Source of the DNA: Podarcis bocagei
Taxonomy: Eukaryota
Assembly (NCBI GenBank): GCA_964188305.1
Contig: OZ076885.1
Reading direction: 5' to 3' (one strand)
Length of the DNA: 64,000 bases
The notes beneath the pieces are model-generated. The model searched no databases, was not told where the DNA came from, and worked only from the letters and a program-made list of their open reading frames with translations. The translations under genes and the position numbers were made by a program. Of this stretch, positions 53,853-64,000 are shown one piece after another (the stretch's first letter is position 1; each line of letters starts with the position of its first letter).

Positions 53853-54250
53853 TCCCACAGAGGAACTTACGGTCTGCAAATAAAAACATCTTGAAGGTCC
53901 CAGGCCTCAGAGAGGTTAGGCTGGCCTCAACTAAAGCCAGGGCTTTCTCGGCTACGGTTCCAATCTGGTGGAACGCTCTGTCACAAGAGACCAGGGCCCT
54001 GCAGGACCTGACATCTTTCCGCAGGGCCTGCAAGACAGAGCTGTTCCACCAGGCCTTTGGTCAGGGCGCAGCCTGACTCCCTCCTCTGGCAATCTGCACA
54101 GAATTTTGCTTAACGGTTGCCATCAATTTGATTTTAATTAATTTTTAGAATGAGATGTTTTTAGAATGTTGGATTATTTGATTGTTGTTAGCCGCCCTGA
54201 GCCTGGCTTTGGCTGGGGAGGGCGGGATATAAATAAAATTTATTATTATT

Positions 54251-54283
<33 letters not shown>
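53853..54283 (+). mobile_element. L2 LINE 3' end (different subfamily)
   Basis: PQRNLRSANKNILKVP..ARAFSATVPIWWNAL..SFRRACKTELFHQAF; (ATT)n(GTT)n tail. Confidence 0.88.
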
Positions 54284-54466
54284 GCAATGACCAGCTTTGA
54301 ACTGCTAGGTTGGCAGGAGCAGGGACAGAGGAACAGGAGCTCATCTCATCATGGGGATTTGAACTGCTGACCTTCTGACTGGCAAGCCCAAGAGGCTCAG
54401 TTGTTTAGTCCACAGCGCCACCCACATCCCCGAAACTTGATAGAGCTATGGCTGGACAGTGTAGGC

Positions 54467-54603
54467 TAGGGCTTCCCTAACTTGGCTCTCCAGCTGTTTT
54501 TGGACTACAAATCCCATTAACCCTAGCTAGCAGGACCAGTGGTCAGGGATGGTGGGAACTGTAGTTCAAAAACAGCTGGAGACCCAAGTTTGGGAAACCC
54601 CAG
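54467..54603. mobile_element. Palindromic hAT MITE
   Basis: Arms agggcttccctaacttgg / ccaagtttgggaaaccc; approximately 8-bp TSD gtgtag(gc/at). Confidence 0.85.
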
Positions 54604-54621
54604 GTGTAGATAACCCTAAAC

Positions 54622-55431
54622 TAAGAATGTAAGAAGGGCTGCTGGATTGGACATATGGCGCATCTCGTCCAGCACCCTGATCTCACACTGGCCAACTAGA
54701 AGCATATGGGAAGCACTTAAGCAGGATTTAAGCTCAACAGCACCTTCCCTACTTGCAGTTCCCACCAACTGGCATTGAGAGGCATAATGCTTCCATCGGT
54801 GAACGTAAAAGTAGCGTGGCTAGAAGCCATTGGCTTCCTTTTCCTCTATGAATTTGTTTAATCCTCTTTTAAAGCCGGGATGCGGGTGGTGCTGTGGGTT
54901 AAACCACAGAGCCTAGGACTTGCCGATCAGAAGGTCGGCGGTTCGAATACCCACGACGGGGTGAGCTCCCGTTGCTCGGTCCCTGCTCCTGCCAACCTAG
55001 CAGTTCAAAAGCACGTCAAAGTGCAAGTAGATCAATAGGTACTGCTCCAGCGGAAAGGTAAACGGCGTTTCCGTGCGCTACTCTGGTCCGCCAGAAGCGG
55101 CTTAGTCATGCTGGCCACATGACCTGGAAAAACTGTCTGCGGACAAATGTCGGCTCTTACATAGAAGCAAATTTCCATACACTGTGTACGTTCTTTTGTC
55201 TGTCCTGAACCTCCCAACATCCAGCTTCATTGAATGTCCCTGAGTTCCAGTGTTATGAGAGAAACTTTCCCTGTCCGCTTTCTGCATCCCATAAATAATT
55301 TTATCCACCTCTGCCACGTTTCTTCTTACTCGCTTTTTCTCTAAACTAAAAAGTCCCAGATATTGGGATTTTTCCACATAGGGGAGTTGCTAAATCCCTG
55401 GTTGCCCTTTTCTAAACCTTCTCCAGCTCTA
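54622..55431 (-). mobile_element. CR1 LINE 3' end interrupted by a Sauria SINE
   Basis: Minus ORF LGLFSLEKKRVRR..TQGHSMKLDVGRFRTDKR is the CR1 ORF2 C-terminus; tail taagaatgtaagaag. Confidence 0.85.
54877..55156 (+). mobile_element. Sauria SINE, 3'-truncated
   Basis: gggatgcgggtggtgctgtggg..ggttcgaatacc..; lacks the (ACCTTT)n tail. Confidence 0.9.
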
Positions 55432-56929
55432 ACATGGACCAGTTGTCTGACTATAAGCTAGATGGATCCATGGTTCTGACTCGGTTAAGGAAGCTTCCTG
55501 TTTCTTAGGAGAAAATATAAATGTGGGCTTTCGTGGGAGTGACAGCTTTCCACAATTCATTGTTAGATTATGCTCATTTTGGGGGACCCTGGGAGATTTC
55601 TGGTGTAGCTTGCTTGCTACTGTGCTATGGTGAATATGTCCTAACAAACTGGAAAGAACTGAATGGAATAGACAAATTATGTAGCCTCATTCTGTAGCCC
55701 TTAATAGCTTCTGCAAAGAGGCAACCGTTCCTTCTTGAATGAACTAGATGAACTGTAGAGTTGGAAAGCATCTGAAAACCATCCTATCCCTTACACTATG
55801 GCAAAATTCTTCTGACCCAGCAGGCTATCCTGTATCATTTGAGCTATAAAGTGTCACAAGTAGAGAACAGAAACAAGCGAGGCATGCCCTCCCAGAGGAG
55901 TGTGTGGCAGAGGCAGAGGAGACTTTACTAAGTCCAAGGCACTCCTAGCTTCAGCATCTCATCTCCCAGCAAACCTGTGGGGCATATGTCACTCCTGGCT
56001 GGGATCCTAAGCATACTTGGTTAGGAAATAGAATGAAATAAATGAGACTTACTTCTGGATAAACATGGTTAGGGTTGCAGCCAGGAATAACATAGCCTAC
56101 TGGAGGCAGCTGCCTGCTCCCTATACTGCTGCTGGCTGGATGTTGATGCACCATAACTGAGTGGAGGAATGCTCTGCCTCCAGTTCCTCATCTTAAAAGA
56201 AAAAGAAGCTGACATATCCAGAGCGTGGAGACATCAGGTAGCTTGTTTACCTTGTCCAGCCATTAACTTTCCAGTCTCAAACTCAAGGCTGGTACCCATC
56301 CTTCACACATCAAAGTGATAGCATTGCAAGATACCTCTTAGTGGTATGACCTGCTCCAGATGACATCATAGTGATGTCAGGTGACACTGTGCTTTGAAAC
56401 CCTGGCTATTGGACTTCAGAGCACAGCATGAGGCTGCTTGAAAGCTCTTTTGCAAACAGCCCCAGGCTCTCTGAATCTCCAGAAGCTGGACATTTAAAGA
56501 GCAGGATGAGACTGTTTACAAAAGGGCTTTCTAACAGCCCTGACCATGCTTTGACTGCGCAGGTGATTTGCGGTAAATCAGCAAGAATTTCTGCCTTCCG
56601 GTTGTCTGACAATAGGAACAACTTTAAAGCTCTAAGTTTGGATTCCTAGAAAGAATGCTGGGCAGCATGGTGGAGAGAAAGGAACCAGGAGAGGGTTTGT
56701 ATGTGAAAGGACTTGTGAGTTTGTTCTGGTGCTGATTGCAAATCCCTGGGCTAGACATGTACTCAGAGGCACTCTGTTCCTTAGCGTTCCGAGCTGAGCT
56801 AGTAATTTACTCCAGGATGTGGTGGTTGGTGGAACTCAGGGTTCTTGTGAAAAACAAGCTTGAAGTCTATACACCCTTGGCTGAATGGGCAAATGGTCTA
56901 ACTTGGGTAAGGCAGCTTGTGATATACTC

Positions 56930-57065
56930 CAGTGATGGCCAAACTTGGCCCTCCAGCTGTTTTTGGACTACAACTCCCATCATCCCTAGCTAACAGGACC
57001 AGTGGTCAGGAATGATGGGAATTGTAGTCCCAAAACAGCTGGAGGGCCAAGTTTGGCCATCACTG
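56930..57065. mobile_element. Near-perfect palindromic hAT MITE
   Basis: Arms CAGTGATGGCCAAACTTGGCCCTCCAGCTGTTTT and its reverse complement; 8-bp TSD atatactc / atatactt. Confidence 0.93.
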
Positions 57066-57285
57066 ATATACTTCCTACAGCATAGGGCAGGTGTGGAGAA
57101 CCTTTGGCCTTCCAGATATTGCTAAAACTACAACTCCCATTATCCCTGGCCATTGGTTATTTTTTGGGGGGGGCTGATGGTAGCTGTGGTTCACCAACAA
57201 CTGGAGGGTCAAATGTTCCCCAGAACTGGTGCAAGGTCTGCCTACACACACACACATGACAACACAACGATAAGCCCCAGTATCC

Positions 57286-57296
57286 AGATGATGATG

Positions 57297-57359
<63 letters not shown>

Positions 57360-57394
57360 TCTTTATTGTCATTGCCCCTCTCGGGGACAACGAA
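57286..57394 (-). mobile_element. Very short LINE 3' terminus (Rex1/Babar-like) with (ATT)n tail
   Basis: Minus strand TTCGTTGTCCCCGAGAGGGGCAATGACAATAAAGAT(ATT)n: stem-loop, AATAAA and microsatellite tail. Confidence 0.6.
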
Positions 57395-57817
57395 ATGATG
57401 GAGTTTTTGGAGCTAGCCGACCTAACCGGAAGAGTCCAGAAGGAGGAGAAGTATCAGAAAGAATGGACAAAATTTAATGATTATTTAGTTAAATATGTAA
57501 AATTAAATTAATTGGAAATAGCTTGCAGATGTTTAATTGGCTTAGGATTTCATATAAGTTAAGTGATGAATCAATATGTTTAATTTTAAAATTAAAGGAT
57601 ATAAGGATGTTAATGTTTAAGTTAAATTTCATAAGAACTTTGATTTGGAAAACCATTAAAAGGAAGTGCATGGAAATTCAGCCAAGGGGAAGAGAGGAAG
57701 TCACTTAACAATGTTAATAAGTGTAATTTTAATAAGGTTATGATCCATGTTTGTTTGTTTATTTGTTTGTTTTGTTTATAATTTTGTGAAAATTAATTTA
57801 AAAATTATATAAAAAAA
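57395..57817 (+). mobile_element. L1-clade LINE 3' end
   Basis: MMEFLELADLTGRVQKEEKYQKEWTKFNDYLVKYVKLN*; A-rich tail; 17-bp TSD GATAAGCCCCAGTATCC. Confidence 0.85.
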
Positions 57818-57979
57818 GATAAGCCCCAGTATCCCTAAATAATTTTGCTGCTATGCTACATTGTTATAGCAATTGCATACCCAACATCACATGGGATGCA
57901 TTTGTTTTCTATTCTTTACTTGATAACATGATTTAAAATGACTTTATCGGAGCAGCTAGGGATTCAGATGACCAGAGTA

Positions 57980-58209
57980 CAGTCGTACCTTGGTTCTCGA
58001 ACGTAATCCGTTCTGGAAGTCCGGTCAACTTCCGAAATGTTCAAAACCAAGGTACGACTTCTGATTGGCTGCAGGAGCTTTCTGCACCCAAGCAGAAGCC
58101 ACATCGGATGTTCAGCTTCCGAAAAATGTTTGAAAACCGGAACACTTCTGGGTTTTCTGCATTCAGGAACCAAAAAGTACCAAGGCGTTCGAGAACCAAG
58201 GTATGACTG
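57980..58209. mobile_element. Tc1/pogo MITE family B
   Basis: TIRs CAGTCGTACCTTGGTTCTCGAACG / CGTTCGAGAACCAAGGTATGACTG with TA TSD. Confidence 0.92.
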
Positions 58210-59777
58210 TATTTTCCAAATTAGGCAAACGCTCTAATGGGTCAGGCTTTTGGAGAAGCTAGCTCAGCATTTGCCTGCACTGCAGCTGGCCCCGAAATCT
58301 TTTGCCAAGCTTGAAAGTCCCTCAGAAGGGATCTCCATCAATAAAAATGTCATTTTAATCACCATTATCTCAGTGATGCAAGTGTAATATCCATTTTAAA
58401 TGGTATGGGAAACTACCACGAAGCCATCTACAGACTACGAAGTCATTTTACTTTTAATTACACATTTCTCACATGCACACGCACATTTACAATCTCAGCT
58501 TGATAACTGCTTCAGAAATTACCGCGTGAAGATAATACAGCTGTAAAAGCACTTCACAACCTCTGCCAATGCTTTGGGTGGGTTCATAGAGCTGGCAGAG
58601 GGCTTTTTATAAAAAAGATACAACCGTACCAGAAATAAGTAATTTAACAGTGGTTCGGTGTAAAATTAGCTCAGGCTATGTAGTAAAAGGAGACGTCTGC
58701 AAAGTCTCAGTTTTCAAACCTACTTACTAACTATAGCCTGAGCTCGTTGACGGCGAGTGGAAGCACTCAGCCGCAAAACGCTTCAAGCACTGCAGCCTAG
58801 ATATAGGGTCAATGTTGTTGTTTTCCACCCTTGTCAACATTGTGCAGCCTCACAGTGAAGTGACCGTTGCTAGATGAGTTATAATTCACAGGGAACAAGC
58901 TAGCAGTTCACCATGGGCATCTAGTTTCATTAGCACATCCCAAAAGCCAGAGGAAGCCAGTGAGCAAGGGGATATCAGGTTTCTTTTCATCAAGCTATCC
59001 ACAGGGCCAAGTTCTGATCCTGGTCCTGTGCCTACTTGTGGGCATTCCATTCTTTAGGTTTGCACTAGGGAAACTGCCTCTCTGCAGCTTCATTACTTGG
59101 GTGCAGCAGCAGGCCAGCGGTGTGTTCAGCCTCAACTTGATACAGTTGTGTCTACCGCATCCCTGGGGAGTAATACTGACCTTTGTCAAGTGGGAAGCAG
59201 CTCTCTGGAGAATAATGAATCTATTCACAAAGTGAGATACCCAGGCTTCTCCTGCGCAGGAGAACTGACTTCCTATATTTGCTGTGCTTTGCAATTCTCC
59301 ACCGTGGTTTTGCTCCTCTCTTTGTTATTTGGATGTTGGTTGCTTTTACTTTATAGTTTCCATTGTACATTGTACTTACTTAAACTGTGATCTGTTTGCA
59401 ACCCACTCTGAGAACATTAAGCAAAGGGCAGTGTGTAAATACAAATAATGAATAAATACAAACACAAATAAATAATAAATACAAATAAAGGAAGTAATTC
59501 AGGAGAATGAACAATGAAGGCTGGATGTATCTGCCTTTGACTAGACAACCCATTTATTAAGCATTCATCCCAATTTGTTTGTGGGGAGGTTAGACGATGT
59601 TGCATCAAAGCCAATGCCAGTTGCTAAGCCACAGTTTCCAGCGCATTTTCCCATCACTTTCCTTATTGCAAAAAGTCCAGTCTTTGGGGAAGGGGGTTTG
59701 AGGTGTTAGACCTCTGAATCAACTATAATTGTGCCCCCGAATTTGCTGGAATGTGATTGAATCCCACCTAAAAAGTA

Positions 59778-59921
59778 GAATCATGGAATTATAGAATTGG
59801 AAAGGGTCACGAGGGTCGTCTAGTCCCAGTCCCTGCAATGCAGGAATCTTTTGACCAAAGTGGAGCTCCAAACAACAACCCTGAGACTAAGAGTCTCATC
59901 CTGTATTGTATGAGCTATCCC
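59778..59921 (-). mobile_element. tRNA-Lys-headed, CR1-tailed SINE
   Basis: Minus strand gatagctca..atgagactcttagtctcagggttg..gagctccactttgg resembles tRNA-Lys(CTT), followed by the CR1 tail gattcctgcattgcaggg..ttccatgattc. Confidence 0.78.
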
Positions 59922-60670
59922 AGGTCTGGAAGCCACCTAGGAGAGGCCTGGATTAAAATTCTTAGTAACTCATGAAGCTAAACACGATTTCTCTGCCTAA
60001 TCTGCTTGTGATGGAGGCACAAGCAGCACTTCTTGACGTAACTGTGGGATACATCAAAATGTACAAATTCCACACAAATAGGTGAAATATATGTTGCTTT
60101 AAAATCCTTAATGTTGGATTGATCTGACTTGAAGTGCTATTTTTGCAGGGGCAAAAGTGGTCAATTGCTTTCCTGTCCTGTATTTCAGACTATATTGCTC
60201 AAACTGTGTATCCCTGGCTTTTACAAGATATAAAAAAAATAACCACAGCCCTCTTCAAAGGTTTTTATAGTATCATCATCACATGCAATTTAATCTTGAA
60301 TATATTCAACATCAGGCACTTGAACCTTGCTGGAAACCTTAGAAGGCCTAAAAGGGAAGCCCTGGTTATGTCCTATTTGTGTATTAATTCAGCTTCACAA
60401 GGTGAACAATATGCACTTCAGATTTCAGGGTAAGTAATATAAAACAGCAGCGAGGAACCTCTGACCCAGACTTTCTCATTCGGCCCATGGTGTGACCTGT
60501 CCAATTCCACCCACCTGTCCAATACTTGACATCACATGATGTCAGGCATGGGACATGTAAATATGTGGGGCCTATTTGAAAAGGAGGAGTCAGGCGTACA
60601 ATCTAATTCCAAATCAAAATAGCAAAAAACAAAGGAAAAAATGACCAGCAGTTGCAGCTCTTCATCAGCA

Positions 60671-60745
60671 AGGGAAGAGCTTCAGGTCAGTGGTAGAGCA
60701 TCCATTTTGCGTGCAAAAGTTCCCTGATCCAGTCCCTGGTGTCTT
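60671..60745 (+). mobile_element. Squam2-type SINE head fragment
   Basis: gggaagagc..tcagtggtagagcatc..ttgcgtgcaaaag. Confidence 0.55.
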
Positions 60746-61364
60746 GGCTTTCACTAGACAAAATAATCACACTCTGATTACATTTCAATCCGAAACCTTT
60801 GATGTTCAAATTAGCATATAAGCAAGGTGAGGTCCAAAGGCACTCCACATGCATAGCATAGCTAAGTGTGCTAAGATGTTGATCCAGAGGGTAACCCACA
60901 CTGTGAGCTCCCATTATAAAAGAGCAAGTATGCGTGATTTTAGTGCAACAAGTGAGGTGTTTCTTTGGACTGGGCAAGCAGATGGGAACTTCTTCTGGTG
61001 GGCTGGGTCTGAGCTGTCTGTTTGCACTGGCATCTCTGTGTCCTAGCTGACAGAGGAGGTGACTGGGTCTCTGTCGCCTCCTTGGTGGGCGGAACTGACA
61101 GAGGGTTAGGCTCTGGTGGCATGAGAAGCAATGGCAGAGTTGGCATGGTGTGACTTGGTGCTGGGACTGCGTGTGAGTTCTAACATAGGGTGATGGGTTC
61201 ACACCCTGCTGGATGCTTTCCCTGGTAAGGATTACTCACCTGTGGTATCTCCCTTGGACAGCTCTGGTGCTTCCTGGGGCCCTGACATGGTCCTTCCCCA
61301 GAATCATTACCCTGCAACCCTCAAGCTGTTCTCACCCCTTCATGATTGTCATTGAGGCTCATGA

Positions 61365-61898
61365 TACCTGACATCTCCAGGTAGGTTTGGGAACATGCCT
61401 GTCTGGTACTCTGGAGAACCATGGCTAGTCAGTGCTAACAGTATTGAGCGAGATGGACCAATGGGACACAGGTGGCACTGTGGTCTAAACCACCAAGCCT
61501 CTTGGGCTTGCCAATCTGAAGGTCGGTGGTTTGAATCCCCATGACGGAATGAGCTCCCGTTGCTCTGTCTCAGCTCCTGCCAACCTAGCATTTTGAAAGC
61601 CCACCAGTGCAAGTAGATAAATAGGTACTGCTGCGGCAGGGAAGTAAACGCCATTTCCGGGTGCTCTGGTTTCCATCATGGTGTCCTGTTGCACCAGAAG
61701 CAGTTAAGTCATGCTGGCCACATGACCCAGAAAACTGTTTGTGGACAAACACTGACTCCCTCGGCCTGAAAGTGAGATGAGCGCCACAACCCCATAGTCG
61801 CCTTTGACTGGACTTAACCATCCAGGGGTCCTTGACCTTGGCCTTTTTTTACCTAGATGGACCAGTCTTCTGACTAAGGTATAAGGCCTCTTCCTATA
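61365..61898 (+). mobile_element. Squam2-type SINE body and tail, split by a Sauria SINE
   Basis: catctccaggtagg..agtcagtg..agatggacca [SINE] agatggacca..ggtataaggcctcttcctat. Confidence 0.7.
61463..61854 (+). mobile_element. Sauria SINE (second subfamily)
   Basis: A/B boxes, gagcgccacaaccccatagtcgcctttgactggac; TSD AGATGGACCA at 61451 and 61855. Confidence 0.92.
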
Positions 61899-63203
61899 TA
61901 TTGTCCAAGCAGGGCTGTCACCAAATCCTATAGTACCTCACTTGGTAGAAACCAGGTGTAGAATTGTGCCTTTGCATCTGGGGAAAGCAGAGGGCTAATA
62001 AATGCCTAACGCTTGAGTAAGAAAATGAAAATCAATACCCATAACATACTATTTTCTCATCTGCTGTCTTTACATACCAGACGGTTTACTGTTATTTTAC
62101 AAGTCAGTAAATATATACATTGTCTGCCAAGGAAAAGAAAGCAGTCTTTTCCAAGTCCTCCTTCTCTTCTCTGCCAGGGCTTTTTTTTATACAACTGGCA
62201 ATGCAAATTCAGGTGAAACTTCAGTCTGTCGTTTTAAGGTTCTCATGGGCGGAGGGTGGGGGGTGGAGAAACTTGCCATCATCTTTTCCAGTATCTCTGT
62301 GCTTACATTTCCTCATCAAGAAGACACTCTCAGGGAGACGACATACATATTTAAACGATGGGAAGCAAGCACGAGATCTCATGGGGCCTAATGAGAGCGA
62401 CTTCTGAAATTATCACAATTATCATTCCATTATTGCAAGACAAACAACCTCATTTATTATGCTGGGCTGCTGCTAAGCTCTGGATTCCTTCCTGCTCAGT
62501 TACACAGCTGGTAACTTAAGTACGCCACACAAGCAGCATTTGCATTGAGTACTTCATTAATTTTTATTTTTAAAAAAATTACAGAGCTCTGGAACTTGGG
62601 CAGATCCCCAGTAAAAGGGCAGCCGTCCAGCATCAATTCACCAGAAATAAATGTAGTTTGACATTTTCAACCACAGGGACATGGTGTTTGTTTAAAACAA
62701 ACCAAAAAAATGGACTCTTTTGGAGGAGGAGGAGGAGGAGGAGGAGACCATCTTAATTGGTTAAAAAAACCCACTTCATCTTAAAAAGAAGGTGACTACA
62801 ATGCAGCTGTATGAGTTGAGGATAATGCAGTTGTTTAGCACACAAATTTGATCGAAATGGACTCAGGATCTGTAGACACTCCCATTTACACTGCATCCAG
62901 GTACTCCTATCACAGGTCTAGGAAGCAGTATACACACAACGTTAGCCACGATTCATTTCTTACCTGTAACTATCCTGTGGTTTATTATGAAATCAGGCCT
63001 TTTGATCTGTTCGTTCCCAAACCAGATTCAATCGGAATTGAGAAAAGCAACAACTTAGCTGCGTTTCAATCCAGTAATGTGTACACACAGCCAAGAACAA
63101 ATGGACTTGTTACAATTGGTACTTGTAGGACAGCAGTAATCCCAGTAAACATCCAGACTTGGTATTTATGTAAAGTATATATCACTGACTTAAAATACAG
63201 ATA

Positions 63204-63445
63204 CAGTGGTACCTCTGGTTATGTACTTAATTCGTTTCGGAGGTCTGTTCTTAATCTGAAACTGTTCTTAACCTGAAGCACCACTTTAGCTAATGGGGCC
63301 TCCCGCTGCTGGTGCACCACCAGAGCATGATTTCTGTTCTTATCCTGAAGCAAAGTTCTTAACCCAAGGTACTATTTCTGGGTTAGCGGAGTCTGTAACC
63401 TGAAGCGTCTGTAACCTGAAGTGTATGTAACCCGAGGTACCACTG
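63204..63445. mobile_element. Tc1/pogo MITE family A
   Basis: TIRs CAGTGGTACCTC / GAGGTACCACTG with TA TSD. Confidence 0.92.
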
Positions 63446-63479
63446 TAGGTTGTTCTTTCACTCAGCTTCAGATCCAAGT

Positions 63480-63612
63480 GGGGGGTGCAGGGGGGGCCGG
63501 CCGCACTGGGCGCAACATCTGGGGGTTAGGGTTAGGAGGCACAAATCCATGGGTTAGGGGGTGCAAATTACTTGGCTTGCCCCGGGTGCTGACAACCCAT
63601 GCTACGCCACTG
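63480..63612. mobile_element. hAT-like MITE, left end degenerate
   Basis: Right end GCTACGCCACTG; 8-bp flank duplication atccaagt / atccaagc. Confidence 0.65.
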
Positions 63613-64000
63613 ATCCAAGCTGGTTGGGTGAGGGGAGAGAAAAATCAAAACCCAGAGCACTTCGAAGGAGGAGAAGTGGGGGAGGTAGGGTGCAAAATCA
63701 CAACCCAGACACATGTACAAGTCCCCCCCCCCCCGCCCACTGGTGTGGACAGCAAGTGGCAGAACAGTAACCAACAGCCACGACACAGAAACATAATGTT
63801 TCCTGTGGCAGTTTATTTCCCGGGGGGTAAAATCCCAACAACTTCAATCCTTGGTCAATCCTTGACCTTGGTCAGCTCTCATGCATGTTCACTTCATCAA
63901 ATCTGGCCCTCTTTGAAAAAAGTTTGGGCACCCTTGCAGTATACCCTATAGAATAGTTAGCTTTAAAGGGGGGGAGTGGTAAAGAGAAAGATTAAGAAGG

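Larger units (their letters stand above)
53364..54430 (-). mobile_element. Sauria SINE (second subfamily) containing two insertions
   Basis: Homologous to the 27983 copy; 12-bp TSD GAAACTTGATAG at 53342 and 54432. Confidence 0.92.
53263..55505 (+). mobile_element. Squam2-type SINE fragmented by multiple nested insertions
   Basis: Head 53263-53341 (ggtggtag..tgcatgcagaaggacctaggttcaattcctggcatc), middle 54432-54466 and 54604-54621, tail 55455-55505. Confidence 0.7.

Noticed and set aside
59850-59921. tRNA-Lys gene
   Set aside because: Degraded stems and direct fusion to a CR1 tail indicate a SINE head, not a functional tRNA.
60393-60429. Possible 37-nt exon before gtaagt
   Set aside because: Modest acceptor and an unrecognised peptide; expected by chance in 64 kb.
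1-64000. CRISPR array, prokaryotic operon or endogenous viral gene
   Set aside because: Vertebrate repeat landscape; no regularly spaced repeat-spacer array and no long viral-like ORFs.

Overview
Eukaryotic, non-coding, repeat-rich DNA from a squamate reptile, most likely a lacertid lizard. The basis is Sauria/Squam1-type SINEs with (ACCTTT)n tails, Squam2-type SINEs, L2/CR1/L1 LINE 3' ends and many Tc1/pogo-, hAT- and Harbinger-type MITEs. Family names come from my recall of consensus motifs, not from a database search. I found no recognisable host protein-coding exon, RNA gene or CRISPR array. The only ORFs I recognise are LINE ORF2 C-terminal remnants, the best being L2 at 43943-44506. The window looks like a large intron or gene desert, with TE-free blocks that may be conserved non-coding elements, and it has two N gaps. 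The most notable structures seen directly are: (1) a 368-bp micro-inversion (21135-21502) whose re-inversion restores both a CR1 and a nested L1 reading frame; (2) one 17-bp TSD pair enclosing two different LINE 3' ends joined head-to-head (57269-57834); (3) a multi-layer nest of seven TE insertions (53263-55505). I found no convincing new gene system.
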